Assembly (NCBI GenBank): GCA_012295275.1
Contig: CM022667.1
Span: 9,300,001 to 9,364,000, forward strand
Source of the DNA: Chrysomallon squamiferum
Taxonomy: Eukaryota; Animalia; Mollusca
Reading direction: 5' to 3'
Length of the DNA: 64,000 bases
Below the pieces are notes generated by a model that worked only from the letters and a program-made list of their open reading frames with translations, was not told where the DNA came from and did not search any database. Positions 28,352 to 44,179 of this stretch are shown here, one piece after another; the first letter of the stretch is position 1, and each line of letters begins with the position of its first letter. The position numbers and the translations under genes were made by a program.

Positions 28352-30114
28352 TTAGAAGTGACAGATTCAGAGAGTAAGAAGACAGAGAAATGGAGGTACA
28401 GGAAGGGCGTAAAACTGAATAAACGTTAGGCAGAAATACTGAAAGATACAAGAACAACAGATATATAGATATCCCGATGTGTGTGTGTGTCTGTGACTGT
28501 GTGTGTGCGTGTCTGATAATAAGATATATTGAGAGATATATTATTATAAACCCTTTTTATTAAAAGACTTTGTCGGCAGCACAAACTGTACAAGCACCAA
28601 TGGTACTCTTACGAATACCGTTAACACTGACACGCGTAACCTTTTCAAACAAATTATTTCACTAGCATAACACAAATGTCAGATACCGGTGTTAACGCAC
28701 ATCTGGTAACCTTATTATTTAACGAACAGAATCTTGGCATACAAGTGCGTTTAAAAGCTGGATAAAAATAATAAACATATCAAATGGCATTTTTATAGTT
28801 TCAGAAATGTATGGAAATCTGACGGAATGACAGGTTAATAGTCGACATACGCTGGAATGGTTTCATTAAATGCATTCACCAGGTGTTTAGATTACCTGCA
28901 CAAGACGTTAGACGTGTTAGTGTTTGTAATTAGCTGTATTAGAATTCAACGCAGATAAAACATTTTATGTTTGCTGAGGCATTTCGCTAATTTAAAATAC
29001 TAGACAGATCATTAATTTTGATTGTAACGAATAAATTTATGTGCTTGTCTGAAAGAAAGAGAGAATGTGTTTGTTCATTATCTCGCAATTTATATTTAAA
29101 AAAAAAAAAAAAAAATTCTGTCTTGCTGTCTGAGATTCTTCCCAGATGTAAATGTTCACTCATTTTTTTTTTTTTTATCTGGAACGCGTCATCTAACTGG
29201 TAAAATACGTCGTTGTTGATAAACATTCCGCAGCAGCGTAACAAGCTTATTGCACCAGTTTGTTATTGGACCTGTCGTGCGAAGGAAAGTTGTTTTTTGC
29301 TAATGCTTTTCTCTGTCTCTTCGTTAAAAACATTAAACCAATACAATAAACCTTGACGCTCGCCGCTGACAGTCGATGTGGGTTGAGTGACAATATAATC
29401 TCGCGGTAATAAACAATTATTGGATTATCAGAACGTGTCCTGGGTTACCTCCCTTGACTGCGCTCCGTTTCCTGTCTGAACGATTCGCTCGCATTTATTT
29501 TCATCAGCTCGTGATTTCGCTCTAACGTCGCCCGTTTCCTTTGCGGATTGAGTGTAAACTTAATGCTGATCAAACCGAATGGAATGCGGATCGAATCTAG
29601 AACAAGGTTGATGTCTGCGGAGTTGATAAAGAGAGAGGTGATGAAGCTTATTGGAAAAGATATTTGCGTTTGATGCAAAAGATATGGCAGCAGTAAACCA
29701 ACTGTGTCTACTGAGCAAAACGTTTACAAGAAATTGTCGGTGAATTGTTCGACAAAAAAGGGAAAAAATAATTTAATTTGTTTTTATAAAAATGGAGAAA
29801 TAAAATTCAGAAAATAAAATGCATAAAAACTAATATTTGTGCAAGTAATGTAATACGTAGTATCGATGTCTGTTTTAATAAATTTCCGTTTCTTCTTTGT
29901 TGGGACCGTGGATACTAGAATTACACTGGGAAAGAAATAAGATCTTAATGACAAAGGAATATAATTATAATGTTGTAAATATATATAATATAATACAAAA
30001 AAACTATCCAAACAAAATTATATTAAAAAGACAATGAGACCTAAGCAGTTTAATGCTGATATAAATATAGAAATGTATTCAGTCTCCATATGTTGCCACA
30101 GACAGACAGTCAGA

Positions 30115-30117
<3 letters not shown>

Positions 30118-30210
<93 letters not shown>

Positions 30211-30219
30211 GAGAGAGAG
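30118..30219. repeat. (AG)n microsatellite
   Basis: Direct reading. Confidence 0.97.
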
Positions 30220-30454
30220 ATTTTTGGTACAATTTATAGGCAGTGACCTCTTTGTCCATCTATCCAATCAACCGTCTAAGTATTTGTTCATTTCCTTTTC
30301 CAGTAAACGATTCAGTTTTCATTAATTCTGTCTGTCCTTCAGTCTATCTGTCTGTCTGTCTGTTGCTCTAGAACAGACTGGCGACTACGTGCACTTTAAC
30401 AAAGATCAACGACTTTTCAATGGCGCAGTACGTAATACAGATAAAATCATCAAG

Positions 30455-30489
<35 letters not shown>

Positions 30490-31357
30490 CTTACTCGTAA
30501 CTTCAAATCGTAATTACAAACAGTTTCATCAATGCCTCTAATAACAATCTTTACTTTTCGGCCATAATCCGCTCAAACAAAAAAAAAAAAAAAAAAAAAG
30601 TAAAAATTATTAACGAGTTTGAAGAGACTTCAAATATCTTTAATATTGTCAGTAACGAGGAGAAATTAGTTATGGCTTTAATGTATCGGATCATCAGTGA
30701 TTTCCATCGAGGACGGTAAATAAATAAAAAAGTGGCAAACGTTTACTACGACACCGCTTAGCTGTTTATCCGTCTGTAATTGCGTACAAGGTCAAGGACG
30801 GTTTTGCTGTAACAATCCGAAGGAAGGTCAGAGACGTTGCGACGTGACGGTTGTCATTGGCGACAGAAAAAAAAAAAAAAAAATGAAAGAAAAAAATAAT
30901 ACTAAATTGATATTTACGTCTTCTGCTTTAATGTGATTTATCGTAATGGACAGAGATATGATATCGCTCGTTTGAATAATGCGCTGTAACGTGTAGCTTT
31001 ATTGCCGACGTTAACAAGTCGTTGTACGCAGCCTCCAATCAAATCTGCGTTCATTAGAAGCCGCAGACAGAACGTTGTCGTCGGGCGGATTTGGGGAAGA
31101 GGAAATAAAATAAATGCAGATGATGAAGAGGGAGAAGATAAAAACGATTATGTGAAATCGTTATATATCTCGGCTCGTTTTATGACTGCGTGAAATTTAT
31201 TTGCTAAACTTCGTCATGTTTTCTTTTTTTGTGTTGTTGTTGTAAAAGAAGGCAGTGTCTCTCTGCCTGTTGAATTTTTGAAAGTTATTAAGGTATCTGG
31301 GTTTATTTCTTTCTTTCTTTCTTTCTTAATTAATTAATTTATTTATTTATTTATTAA

Positions 31358-31420
<63 letters not shown>

Positions 31421-31492
31421 TTATTAGAATATTATTATTATTATTAATTTATTACATTATTATTACTATTAATTATTACTATTAATTAACTA

Positions 31493-31528
<36 letters not shown>

Positions 31529-32236
31529 GTTTTTATCTTGTAAATGACTTTTTCAGGTTTTCTTGACAAATGTTAAAAACTTTTTTTCATAACCAGCAAA
31601 TATCGAAACTTCACAAATACAAAAAAGGAAGCTAATGCTATAAAGAACTTCAAAACATTGTTAAACACCATAATAGACCAGAACTGATCGTAAAGTTTTA
31701 GAAGTATTAATCTGCACGTATAAATCCATGCATCTATAGTTATCCATGATTATAAAACAAGAGTAACAGAAAGAAAGAAAAAGTAAGTTAAACGGATAGA
31801 TAAACAGAGATGGAGAGAAAGAAACAGAGACAAAGACGATATCCGTTTTTAACAAAGGGTAACGAAAAGAAATCCTGTACACAAATAACTCAGCTAGAGA
31901 GAAGAGAAAGAAAAGAAGGTAAAATAAAAAGAAATAAAAGATCTGCAGCTATTTAATAGAAAACAATTTCCGTTCATCGTGTTCAGTTTATTAAACGACT
32001 TCGCGTTTCAGCGCCTGTCTCGGTGGAGAAAGTGCGAGTGAGATTATTTTTAACTGCATCGCTCAGTCACAGCTAAACTTAGCCGACTAATCACATTTTT
32101 CAAACAACGAGGCGAAGTCAACTTACAAACACCAAGACACTGATGGCGAAACAAACGTTTATTTTTTTCTTTTTTTTGTGATTTTTTTTTCTTTTGTTTT
32201 TCAATTCCATGGAATCCAGACTTACTAATTTTATTA

Positions 32237-32303
<67 letters not shown>

Positions 32304-32750
32304 CATCATCATCATTATCATCACTATTTTAAAGTAATAATTATGATCAGCAATTTATTGGTTTTAATTATCGCCATTAATAATCATTAGCACCAGATAA
32401 TTATTACTGTTATTTCTGCAACAGTAAGCTTCTTCTAGAACGGGAATGATACTTTTTTGTAAAAGATATATGAATATTAATGGTAATGATTAAAAACTAC
32501 TACTACTACTAATAATAATAATAGAAAAAAATATATATATATTAATGATCTTGAAATAGAACTATCGCGTCACAGTACTTCCTTTCCGGTAAGAGCAATT
32601 GTGATTCGTCGATTTGTGACCAGTGAACAGTTCTGTTTCGTGTTTACGATGTCAACGTCCTCGGAGCAAAATAACCTCAAATTATCGTCTCCAATCTAAC
32701 AAAATGTAAAAATAATTCAGTAATTACGCGTGCGCATTAGGAGCGAAATA

Positions 32751-32872
32751 AACCGGAAGTGATAGCAGTATTTTTGCAAGATCAAAACCGGAAATTAAAA
32801 AGGGATTTTAAAATGTATATATATGAACCGGAAATTGAAACGGTATTTTATGAAATATATAACCGGAAATGA
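32751..32872 (+). promoter_or_regulatory. Array of four AACCGGAART ETS-type motifs spaced 35-40 bp apart
   Basis: CCGGAA at 32753, 32788, 32828 and 32863; GCGTGCGCAT just upstream; reverse site TTCCGG near 32584. Confidence 0.45.
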
Positions 32873-34203
32873 ATGTGGTGTTATATAAAATCTGTATAGG
32901 AATATAAAACGAAAAAAAAAAAAACCCAGCGAAATTGTTTGTGAAAAGTAGTGGTTATTGTTACGTAGTGTCTAATCTAGCGGCTGCCAGTAGTGCAGTA
33001 CTCCTAAATAATTCAAAGTATGTTAATCAACTAGTAATTAATTACAGATGTTAACTACTTGAATCTGTTAATGTAAAAACTGATTGGATGGAATAGTTGA
33101 GGAGTGCTTTCTTTTTGCAGTATTTTCATTATTTTTATTTTTTTTTTTTGTGTGTGTATTCTGCAACAACGACTACGATGTTATTGTCATGGATTATTAC
33201 TAACATATTAATACTAGCTACATCAGGATATCGACCTTTCAGTTCTGTATTAATTAATATTATTATTAAAATAGATTGACACACATTTCTTTAAAGTGGA
33301 TATTCTGGAATGTAGATGTTTGCTTGAGTGCATTTATTTTTAAAGGCATAGATACATACATATACATACACACAGACATACATAAACGCATATGTATGCA
33401 AACGTGTATACGTAAGAAACTACAAATACACATACAGAACACGAGAGAGACCCTCCACCCAGAATCCGCCCAAGGTATATCGATCTCGTCACCCAATTCA
33501 TTATTGCACAATCTGAATCCTACCTAAACGTGAGCTAAACACTGTCGGCAATGGTGGAAGAGGACAACTTGTGAAGGTCAAAAAAAAAAAAAAAAAGATT
33601 TTAAACTTTGTTTACGAGCTGCAGGCAGTCCGGACTAAAACGTGACCATTGCAGTTTTGTTCTGTTGGTAATTTCCTCACCCGCAGACAGAGAACCGCAG
33701 ACAAAAAGTTCAAGTAATAAACCGAAATCAGCTCGGGTACGACACACCAACGGCATGACGGAGCATCAAAGCCACGTAGTGCAAGTCGTCGTCCACGTGC
33801 GGTCAGCAGCTAATTGACACCTTGTTAGGAATGACCCGCGGTCGTTTTGCTGAAGAGAGAAATTAATTTGCGCTCAGCAAACTGTGATTATGAGATGTAA
33901 GACAGGCTCTGTTTTGTTCTGGAATTCTCTCTGAGCGAAGAGATGGATGAATACACGAGCAGTCTTGTTAACAGTGAAACTGTTGGAGTACAGTGAACAC
34001 AGTTAAAGACGAGGCAATGTAAGACGGTGGCGTTAAGAAGAAGAGAAGAAAGAAAGGAAAGAAAGGAAGAAAGAAAGAATGAAAAGTATAATAAAGAAAG
34101 GAAAAGCAATGATCAAAAAAAAATATATATATTAATAAAATAGGAAAAAATAAATAAATAAATAAATAAATAAAATAAATAATAATAATAATAATAATAA
34201 TAA

Positions 34204-34234
<31 letters not shown>

Positions 34235-35896
34235 AAGAAGAAGAATTCCTGTTTGCTTTTGTTATCTCGTTTTGGAGTTTCCTTTATTTGATTTTTTTTT
34301 TGTTTTCTAATTATTTTTCTTTTCTTTTCATCCATCTTTCTTCCTTTTTTCTTTTCATTTCAGAACATCGTTCACTTTTTGTTTCTCTTGCACAGCAGCA
34401 AACACTGCACTGTAATTTTATAATTTAATTCAAACTAGCAAATATTCAAGCGATAATGACAGACATGCAGTCTTTTTTTCTCCTTTGACATTTGGATTAA
34501 GACATTTTTTTAGAGGGTCGCGAGGTACAATTAGGTCACGTGGTTGTCATGGTGAGGCTATGTTAGGTACAAATAAAACACTAAATTTGAATTAACGTTA
34601 GTTGAATAACGTCAGTTCGCTAACTTGACAAGATGTCTGCTAACGCTGTTTTATTTAGTTCTGATATCTGAAGGAAGAAAGAGAAATAAAACGTGGTATT
34701 AATGTTCAGTAATGATGAGTATGTGGGCATGGTGCTTCACTGTGTGTGTGTGTGTGTGTGTGTGTGTGAGTGTGTTTGTGTGTTTGTCTGTCTGTCTGTA
34801 AAAGCATGTGTGACTATCTGTCTGTTTGTCTGGCTGTATGTGTTCATGTATATACATTCATACGTGTGTATGTATGAATGTTTGTATGTATATAGGCATG
34901 TCTGTATATTATATGTATGAATGCGTTTGTATGTATGTTTGCATATCTTGATGTATGTTTGTTTGTGTGTATGTGTGTGCATGTATATATGTATGTATAC
35001 AGGTACGGATTTCTGTAAATGTGTGTGTATGTCTGTCTGTATGAATGTGTCATTTGTATAAATAAGAATGTGTACACCTAACAGCATAAATTCTTTTTTC
35101 TTCTTCTTCTTTTTTCTTTTTTTTTTTTTTTTATTTTGACGCTAATAATTCTTAAAGCATCACGTTTTCAGACTGTGCATGTTTTGATTTGACACTGCAG
35201 TTTTCAGAATTCATTCTGGGCACTTTGAACCTGATACAAGATGGAAGATTATTTCCATCATCCTTTTGAGAATATCAGCCTTTGTTTTAACGTCTCAGAT
35301 GTTCTTACAGTCAGTGTCACACACACAACAAAACCTTTATTTTGATTTGTGCTTTTATTATTATATTTTCTTTTCTTTGTTTCTCTGTTTTCATGACACC
35401 GAATTGTACAAATGTGAAATGAGAAAAATAGAGATTAGAAAAGGATGAAGGAATAAATGAAAAAAAAAAAGAAGCAAGAAATGAACAGAAAATGTAGATG
35501 AAGAAAGGAACGAAGGAGGATAAAAATGAATGAAAGAAAGAAATAAGAAAAAAGAAAAAGAAATATATTTAAAAAGTTTATTAATTTTACTCGCTATGCA
35601 ATAAAGGGTAATATCAATGAAACAAAAAAAAAAATGTACTGCTACTACTACTAATATTGCTACTGTTACAACAGCATCAATAACAATTACTACTTCTTCA
35701 ACTACTAATAACTACTTCTAATATTAATAATAATAACAAAACATGTACTACAACTACTAACACAACTAATATTGTTAATAACAAATAAAAAAGTAAAAAC
35801 CGAAAATAATAAAATAATAATAACTAGATAAATAAATAAAGAGAAAACTAAATAAAGTAATATAAAAATAAACAAATACATAAATAATAATTAAAA

Positions 35897-35927
<31 letters not shown>

Positions 35928-35959
35928 CATATATATACAAACAAAAAAAATAATAATAA

Positions 35960-36002
<43 letters not shown>

Positions 36003-36182
36003 ATTTATTAATAAAAAAAGAAATATAATAAGAAATAGATAGATAGATAGACAGATAAATAAATAAGTAAATAAAATACAAAAAATAAAATAAGAAGAAA
36101 GAAAAAAATAACCCTGCAAAATGTCATTACGTGTTTACTGCAAACAGAGATTACTAAGTAAAGCAGATAAAACACAAAATGA

Positions 36183-36198
36183 CAGCGCCATCTAGCGA
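36183..36198 (-). promoter_or_regulatory. CTCF-like motif (TCGCTAGATGGCGCTG on minus strand)
   Basis: Close match to the CCRCYAGRKGGCRS consensus in an otherwise AT-rich region. Confidence 0.55.
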
Positions 36199-37943
36199 GG
36201 AATTTGTTTTCTTAACATTACTTGTCAAACTCAGTTGTTTGTGACTCTGAAAGACGATAAATGAAGAAAAAAAAAAAAGAAGGCAATCTTCAACGTGAAA
36301 TTATTCAGCATTTCATTTCTGTTTTGATTATGTCATTCGTAATGAGAATGATGTCAAGTTTAATAATAGACTGGATGAATTAAGAAATGAAAGAACGAGT
36401 GAAAGAATGAATGAATACAACTAATGTAGTGATGAATAAATAACTGAGAGAATGAATGAACGAATGAATAAGGGATATATATATAAATAAATAAAGACCA
36501 CAAACCCTAAGAACTCTATAAAAAGAACAACAAAAATACTACTTCACGAAAAAAACACAAAGCACTGCAACAAATAAAGAAAACAACAATAACAACAACA
36601 ACAACAACAGCATCAACAACAAATATATAAATAAAATAAATAAATGAAAAGGAAACAAAAAATAACCCCACACATTAAAAAATAAATAAAACAACAACAA
36701 CGAACAAACAAACATGTAAATAAATAAACATTACAAATCTCGTCTGTCCATCCACTCATGTGTCTGTTTGTCCATCGATCTGTTAATCCACCTGCTTGTT
36801 ACTTTCTTTCTTTCTTCTGGCTGTTTATTATAATATTAACCTGCTACGCAAGGTTAAGCAGAAAAGATGAAAAATAACCGTTCGCGTTCTGTTTCCGTCC
36901 TATACCCCACAGTCCTCACAGCCCACATCAACATAAATAACACATTTCACAAAGTCATAAACGCTCAGTAACCAAACTAATCTGTGTACGTATTTAGAAG
37001 ACGAATGAGGTTCCGAGAGTGCTCATGTAATTTCGTCTTCGACTGAAATTTTCTTTCTTTATTAAAACGTAAAATAATTCTTCTTCGTCTTCTTCTCATT
37101 ATTATTATTATTATAGTTGTTGTTGTTATTATTATTCTTGTTGTTGTTGTTGTTATTATTATTATTCTTGTTGTTGTTACTATTATTATTATTATTTGTT
37201 TATTATTGTTTTGTTCATATTGTTGTCATTCATTGTTGTTAACGATTATGAATCATTATTACTCACTTCGAAATTGATTCATTTTTCATCATTGTTGCCA
37301 TCACTGTTGTCATTGTTATTATTGTTATTATTATTATTATTATCATCATTATCATCATGTTATTAATATTATTCTTTCACAACTGTTTTTGACCAAATAT
37401 TTTCCAGCTTGTTCAAAAATGTAACAGTTTTATGAATAAACAGGACCGCTACAGTATGAACATTCATTTCAAAACTTTCATTTATAATCTTTTTTTTTTT
37501 TTTTTTTTTTTTGTTGTACCCGTCATTTCTGAGGGAATAACAAAGATCAGAAAACAAGGCAATTCGAAATCGTTTCCTGATCGGAATGAATTTGTTGTTT
37601 TTAAAATTCGGAACACTAGATGTGTTTACATTAATTTTATTAGAGAAAGAAAAATACATTAGAACAAGCAAAGAAATGAATTAGTATCATAAAAGAGAAA
37701 GAAACTATTTATCAGTGTAGCAGTTGTAGCGAATTTTAATATGGGCCTGTCCGGAAAATTTAATAAAAAAAAAAAAAAAAAATGAAAAACGTTTTCGTTT
37801 TGTGTCGGTGTGTCTCTCTGTTTTTCCGTGACTGTGTTGTTTTCCATGACAGACAGAATGAGAAGAGGAGTGAAGGAAAGGAAAATAAAGTTTTAAGGAA
37901 GAAAGAAAACACAAGAGGTAAAGAGGAACAACAAAGAGAAAAA

Positions 37944-37977
<34 letters not shown>

Positions 37978-38066
37978 AGACTAAAAAAGAAAGAAAACAA
38001 CAACAAAATTAAAAAATTAAAAAAAATTAAAGTAAAATAAAATAAATAAATAAATAAATAAATAAG

Positions 38067-38113
<47 letters not shown>

Positions 38114-38879
38114 ACAAACAAACAAATAAATCAAAATAAAAGAAAGCAAGAAAGAGAACAACAATAAATCATTGTTATCGTACACTCTCATGAGAAAAAT
38201 TCCACAGTTTGTAAAACAGAACAGCAACAGCAGCAAAAAAAAAAAAAAAAAAAAAAAAAATTGAAATCACTTTTACGATAAATTTATCGAACGAAGACGT
38301 AAAGTCATCAATCTAAACCTCGGAGTGTAGCTACAATTCATTACCTTGTTTAGCTGCACGTCTGATATGTTTGTCTTTCATCGAGCCTCATTGATACAGA
38401 GAGATTTTTAAGTGGTCGGACCACCAGAACAAAGTCGAACGACTTTATAAGCTCATTCTCGCTGTCAAATGAATCGCTACTTTTCCCACACAACGAGAAT
38501 ACTTCAGCGTTTTGCTAATTGTTCGACGATGGTCGCAGATCGCTTAGTCCAGAAATACAGACGTTGAACGACGCGGCTGCAGGACGAGTTGAAGAAGTAC
38601 GTTGTCGTGATGTAGATGCAGTCTGTTTGTTGTTTTTTGTTTATAGCTTGAATGAGAGAACTCGACAGCTGTTGTTTTTGAGAATTTACGTAATCACACA
38701 CAACTGTAGTCGATGTTATTATTATTATTATTGTGAACAACAACAACGTCGTTACAAAAATCGTAGCTTTAAGTGTCTGACGTTTTTAAGCATTATCATG
38801 TAATCATGTAATACAATTTAAATAACTTGCTTGAAGTTTAGTCGACTGGACTGACTGATAGAGAGAGGGAGTATGTTTA

Positions 38880-38886
<7 letters not shown>

Positions 38887-38975
<89 letters not shown>
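38887..38975. repeat. (AG)n microsatellite
   Basis: Direct reading. Confidence 0.97.
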
Positions 38976-38978
<3 letters not shown>

Positions 38979-40859
38979 TCTGAGTGTGTTTTATAGTAGA
39001 ACTGTAGAACAGTCGGAGAAAGGAGAGACATCCATACAGAACTACAACCATATAGACAGTGTCTTTGTATGTGTGCGTATCTCTGTGCGTGTGCATGATA
39101 TGGATGTGTGTGTGTGCCTGTCAGTGTGCGTTTTTGCATATACGTGTATGTGTCTTAGAGTGTATATATATGTTTGTGTATGTTTGTATCATTGTGTATC
39201 TGTGTATATGTGTTCGTGTATGCATGAATCTCTTTATCTGTGTGGGTATATGAGACAACGAAAAAAACCCCAGAGAGGTTAGTAAAAACAAAGAGCGTTA
39301 AGAATCGCAGATAACGTGAAAATTAACATTAACAACGTGAATAACAACAAGATGTTTTTCTATGACATTCTCCAACAAAAGTGCATCATCCCAGCTTAGA
39401 TGCAGCTCGACCGTATCAGCACATCAATATTAATACACGTTTTACAGCCCAATTTGACTAAATCAACCCTTTAAAGACAGAGACGTCAAACACGTACTGA
39501 AACCAGCATCGTAATTTCTGTTCACGCAACGTGTTCTTTCAGCCACTTTTGTCCTGCTGTGATTTGATGTGTAACTTTGTGTGTGTTGTAAAAAAAACTT
39601 AAAGAGTTATAGAAGACACGAAGAAGAATAAATAATAAAGAGAAGGCGTTTAAAGAAAGAAGATACACTGGTGTAAATTTTAATCTGTGTTTTCTTTCAG
39701 AAAGAGATAAAAGAAAATATTGACGAGTTGGTAAAATCGAGAGTCGAACTCAATGTGTTCAGTCTCAGCTCTTTGTGCTGAATCACAGACCTGATTTCTT
39801 ACTGACGTTTTAGATTCTTCTTTTCTTTCTGTGTTTTTTCCCCCCTTCTTTCATTATCTTTTCTAATTCGTCAAAATCTTATTCTTCTTCTTCGTCTTAA
39901 TGTATTTTTTTAATATTATTATTTATTTATTTAATTTTTTGGTAACTTTTTTTCTTTGTTATTCTTCCTTTGCTAACATTTTTTTAGATTTTTTTTTTTT
40001 TTTTTGATTTTGTTCAGCAAGTTTTAGAATTTTCTCTTTATTTCTATTTTGCCAATCTTTTTCTGTAGTAGCTTTTTTTTCTTCTTCTTCTTCATTTTTA
40101 CTTCGTCAAAATACTTCCTGTCTTTCTTTCGTTTTTCTTTTCTCTATTTTTTACTTTCTTTTTTGTTTACTCTTAGCGTGTCTTTTGTAAAATCTTTTCT
40201 TTACTTCTTTTTTGATTTTGTAAATTTTCCTTTATTCTTTTTTCTCTATTTTCACGTCTTACTTTTTTTTTAATTTTGCTTCACAGTATTTTCATATCTT
40301 TATTTTCCCATTTCTCATATTTATTTTTCCTTTTAATTTGGTCTGAATTTTCCTTTGCAATATTTTTTTTTAATTTATATCCTCTTCTTCGTTTCTTAAA
40401 AAAAAAAAAAAAAAAAAACTGTTTTCTATTATTCAATTTTTGTTGTTTATATGCATGCACTCTTTTCTCCCATTATTTATTCCATTTCTGCTGTCGCTTT
40501 TTGCCACGTATTAAACATTCTGATTTAGAGATCTCTTTACCACTGAATACAGATGAAAAGTCACGTAGCAATGATAAGAGATACACCGCATCTGAATATC
40601 AAACAGTGAATGTGTTACGATATCAAACAGACGGATAATACTAATACTATAACGATTACTTTATTTTTAAATATGTATATGTTGTGTCTGTCTTTCACTC
40701 TGTCCTTCTATCTAATTAGTTTGTCTGCCTGTCTATCTATCTTTTTATCTGTCTATTTATCCATGTAATATATCTGTGTGCATATATGTATGTCTGTGTA
40801 TGTATGTGTGTCTGTGTGTGTGTGTGTCAGATATTAATATATTTATTTGTGCACTCTAT

Positions 40860-41018
<159 letters not shown>

Positions 41019-42085
41019 GTCCACGGGTAATCACATCATATTTTAGCTAACAGCACTCACGTTCACATTTCAAACAAAGACTGATCATCACGTGTCTATA
41101 TCCAATTAATCCTTCACCCAATAATGCGGAATCCATGCATAGTCTTGCGCATCACGTGATTAAGGCTGGTCTAGCCAGTCACGTGACTTCAATTAGTCTG
41201 CAATAATTATGATTAAACAGCAGGCAGCGAATCGTAAAAATATCCCTAATTTTCTGTATTAGATTATCTATAAGTGAAACTGACGTATATCTTACGTGTG
41301 TACGTAATGTAAAACGTAGTTAACATATTCGTATCACGTAGAACATACGTTTTCTTTCACCGTAACGTATGCGCGCGTGCATTCCTCGTAGCTTATTAGT
41401 TAGCTGTTTTGAGTATAATTATTAGGAAATAAGCGATCTTGCCAGGAAGTTTATTTTTGCACAGTGTTAGTGTTTACGATCAAGTTGTAATTACGATCGA
41501 GCTGGTACGTTAATGATGATCGTAATGTGTACGTGTATGTTTTTGTGTCTGTGCGTCTATGCGTACGTCACGTTAAGAAAGATATACTGAAGAGAGAGAG
41601 AGAAAAGGAATGAAATAGACTTAGAAAAGGAAAGAAGAATAAAAAGAGAAGGTTTTTGTGAAAGAAGCAATGAGAAAGGTACTGGGAATGAAAGAAAGAA
41701 TCAAACAAAGAAATGAATGGATATTTTTAAAAAAATAATAATAATAAAAAAAGAAAGAAAGAAAACAAAATAAATAAAAAGGAAGAAAATCAAAAATAGA
41801 AGCAAAGAAAGAACAGTACTGAATGTTTTAGTTATTAAGCATAAAATTCAGAATTTTTTTTTAACTTTTATTTCCTTTAATTCGATTCACAGAAATGACA
41901 GTTATAAAGTAAAAATTCAGTAGGAAAGATAATGGTTTTCGTAAGTTGAAATCTCTTAGGTTGTCTTTTATTTATTTATTTATTTTTATTTTATTTTTTT
42001 TATTTATTTTTTTTAAAGTCTTTTTTCTTTACGTTATGAGAATTATAAATATGAATATTCTTCGATCTTAATTTTATTCCAAAAT

Positions 42086-42122
<37 letters not shown>

Positions 42123-43756
42123 TTTTTTTTTTGGACATTATCGAAAGAAATCTAAAAACTGTTATCGGAATTTCGACATATATGCAAGCCAGGTTTGCAA
42201 AAATCCTTATACATATGAAGAGATCAATGAAGAAAACTAATGATATTCTTTTCGAGAGTACATTTTTTTTCTATCTCTCTCTCTCTCTCTTTCTCCAGTA
42301 AAAATTCTCTAGAGAGTAAACACAAATAAACTAATCATTTAACCCATACATAACGCAGAAATTGAAAAGAGCATCAAAATGGAGGAAATCAAATAACTAC
42401 TAAATAATGAACTTCCGTTTTTTTTTTTTTTTTTCATGAGCGGATTAATGCAGCGGTCTTGATGGTTTGATAAACTAAACGATTTGCTCTGAATGATAAA
42501 TAATACCGAGATATTCCCTGTGGGGCTCGAGTTTTGCATGACCTTCCATCTCTCGACAAAAATTCAATTAGAAACAGAAGAAAAATGCTTTCAGCGGATA
42601 ACCAGGCGATTGATTCGTTTACAATATTTTGAGGGCAGCTTTTCGATTTAACTTTTTCTAATTTTTTTCTAATTTTTTTTTATTTTTGTGTTTGTTTGTT
42701 GTTGATTTCGAAATAATTTGTTGCTGTCTGCTGTATTTGATTACGGTTAAATCTTGAGTATGTGTATGTATATACATGTATATGCGTGTGTATTTTGTGT
42801 ATATATATATATATATAATACATACATATATTCATATATACATACATGTCTATGTATATGATGATTTACTTCTACATTTCGTGTTTGTATGTGTGTAAAT
42901 TTAAACACGCGAACACATAAATCATATATCAATACACACATTATATCCATAGACAGATATATTGTAAGCATGTGTGAAAATGTACGAGTATGTTTATTTA
43001 TTTTCATGTATCTTTTCATGTACACCGAACGCTTCCTTTTTCTAAACAGGACAAAAAAAAAAAAAAAAATAAAACAATTATAGAAACGAACAAAAAGCGA
43101 CTATGACCAAGTTTCAAACTGCTTCCTTCCTGCTGTCAAAAAACTCAATATATTCACTGGAAACATCGTCAAGGGGACGAGGAAATCAAGTTGTTGCGAA
43201 AAATGCAGTAAATAACGTTCTGCACGAGCCTCGCTGACAGGGCGAACGAGATAACCCTGGGGCAATCAGTAAGAGGTATTTGTGATTATCGTTCTTGGCT
43301 TATTGTCTACCTTTCGTATCGACTTGCGAAATTAGAGTCTACGTCATTTGTGCCAGCCTCCGACCGGGCTCGTAATAAAACAAACTTTATTGATGTCTTC
43401 TTGATGTATTGCTCGTATGAGTGGTCTCGTGAAAGATGAGGCATTTTGGTACGATGATTGAAAAAAAGTCTTATTTATTTATTTATAAATAGATTAATGT
43501 GTTTATTTATTTATTTATAGATTGTATTAATTTGTTTATCTTATTTTATTCTATTCTATTTTATTTTGTTTATTTTTGTATTTATTTATTTATTTATTAT
43601 GATGAAATCTTCATCATAATAATCATCATCATCAGTTATTTAATTAATTTCATATACAATTTTGCAACGAAATAATTTATTTACATCGTCTTCATTACAT
43701 AAATAATTATTTAATTTAATTGATAAAGTAACAATAACAATAATAATAATAATAAC

Positions 43757-43818
<62 letters not shown>

Positions 43819-44119
43819 TAATAATAAAGATGTATATTTAACAATACCTGTACGTATTTAAAACGATTGCTATATCTCAGGGACACACCTGTCTCACAGA
43901 CTAAACTGTTTTAATTACTGATAATTAACCCAGTTTCGTAAAAAAAAAGAAAAAAAAGTGTGTTTATTCATCAGTTAGTTAACCTTTCGTTAAACACCTT
44001 GGGCCAGGGGCTGGATTGGGAAATAGCTCGAAGGGCTTTGTCTTAAATAGCTGATTATATCAGTCGTCACGTCTCTTGCTTACTAGTTTCTGACCGGTAA
44101 GTGACAACTTGCCCTCGAT

Positions 44120-44136
44120 ATTTTTTCTTTTTCTTT

Positions 44137-44169
<33 letters not shown>

Positions 44170-44179
44170 TTTACTTTTT

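Noticed and set aside
38519-38803. GC-rich patch with a 94-aa ORF
   Set aside because: TTG start, no convincing splice-site pair or recognisable domain, and it runs into triplet repeats
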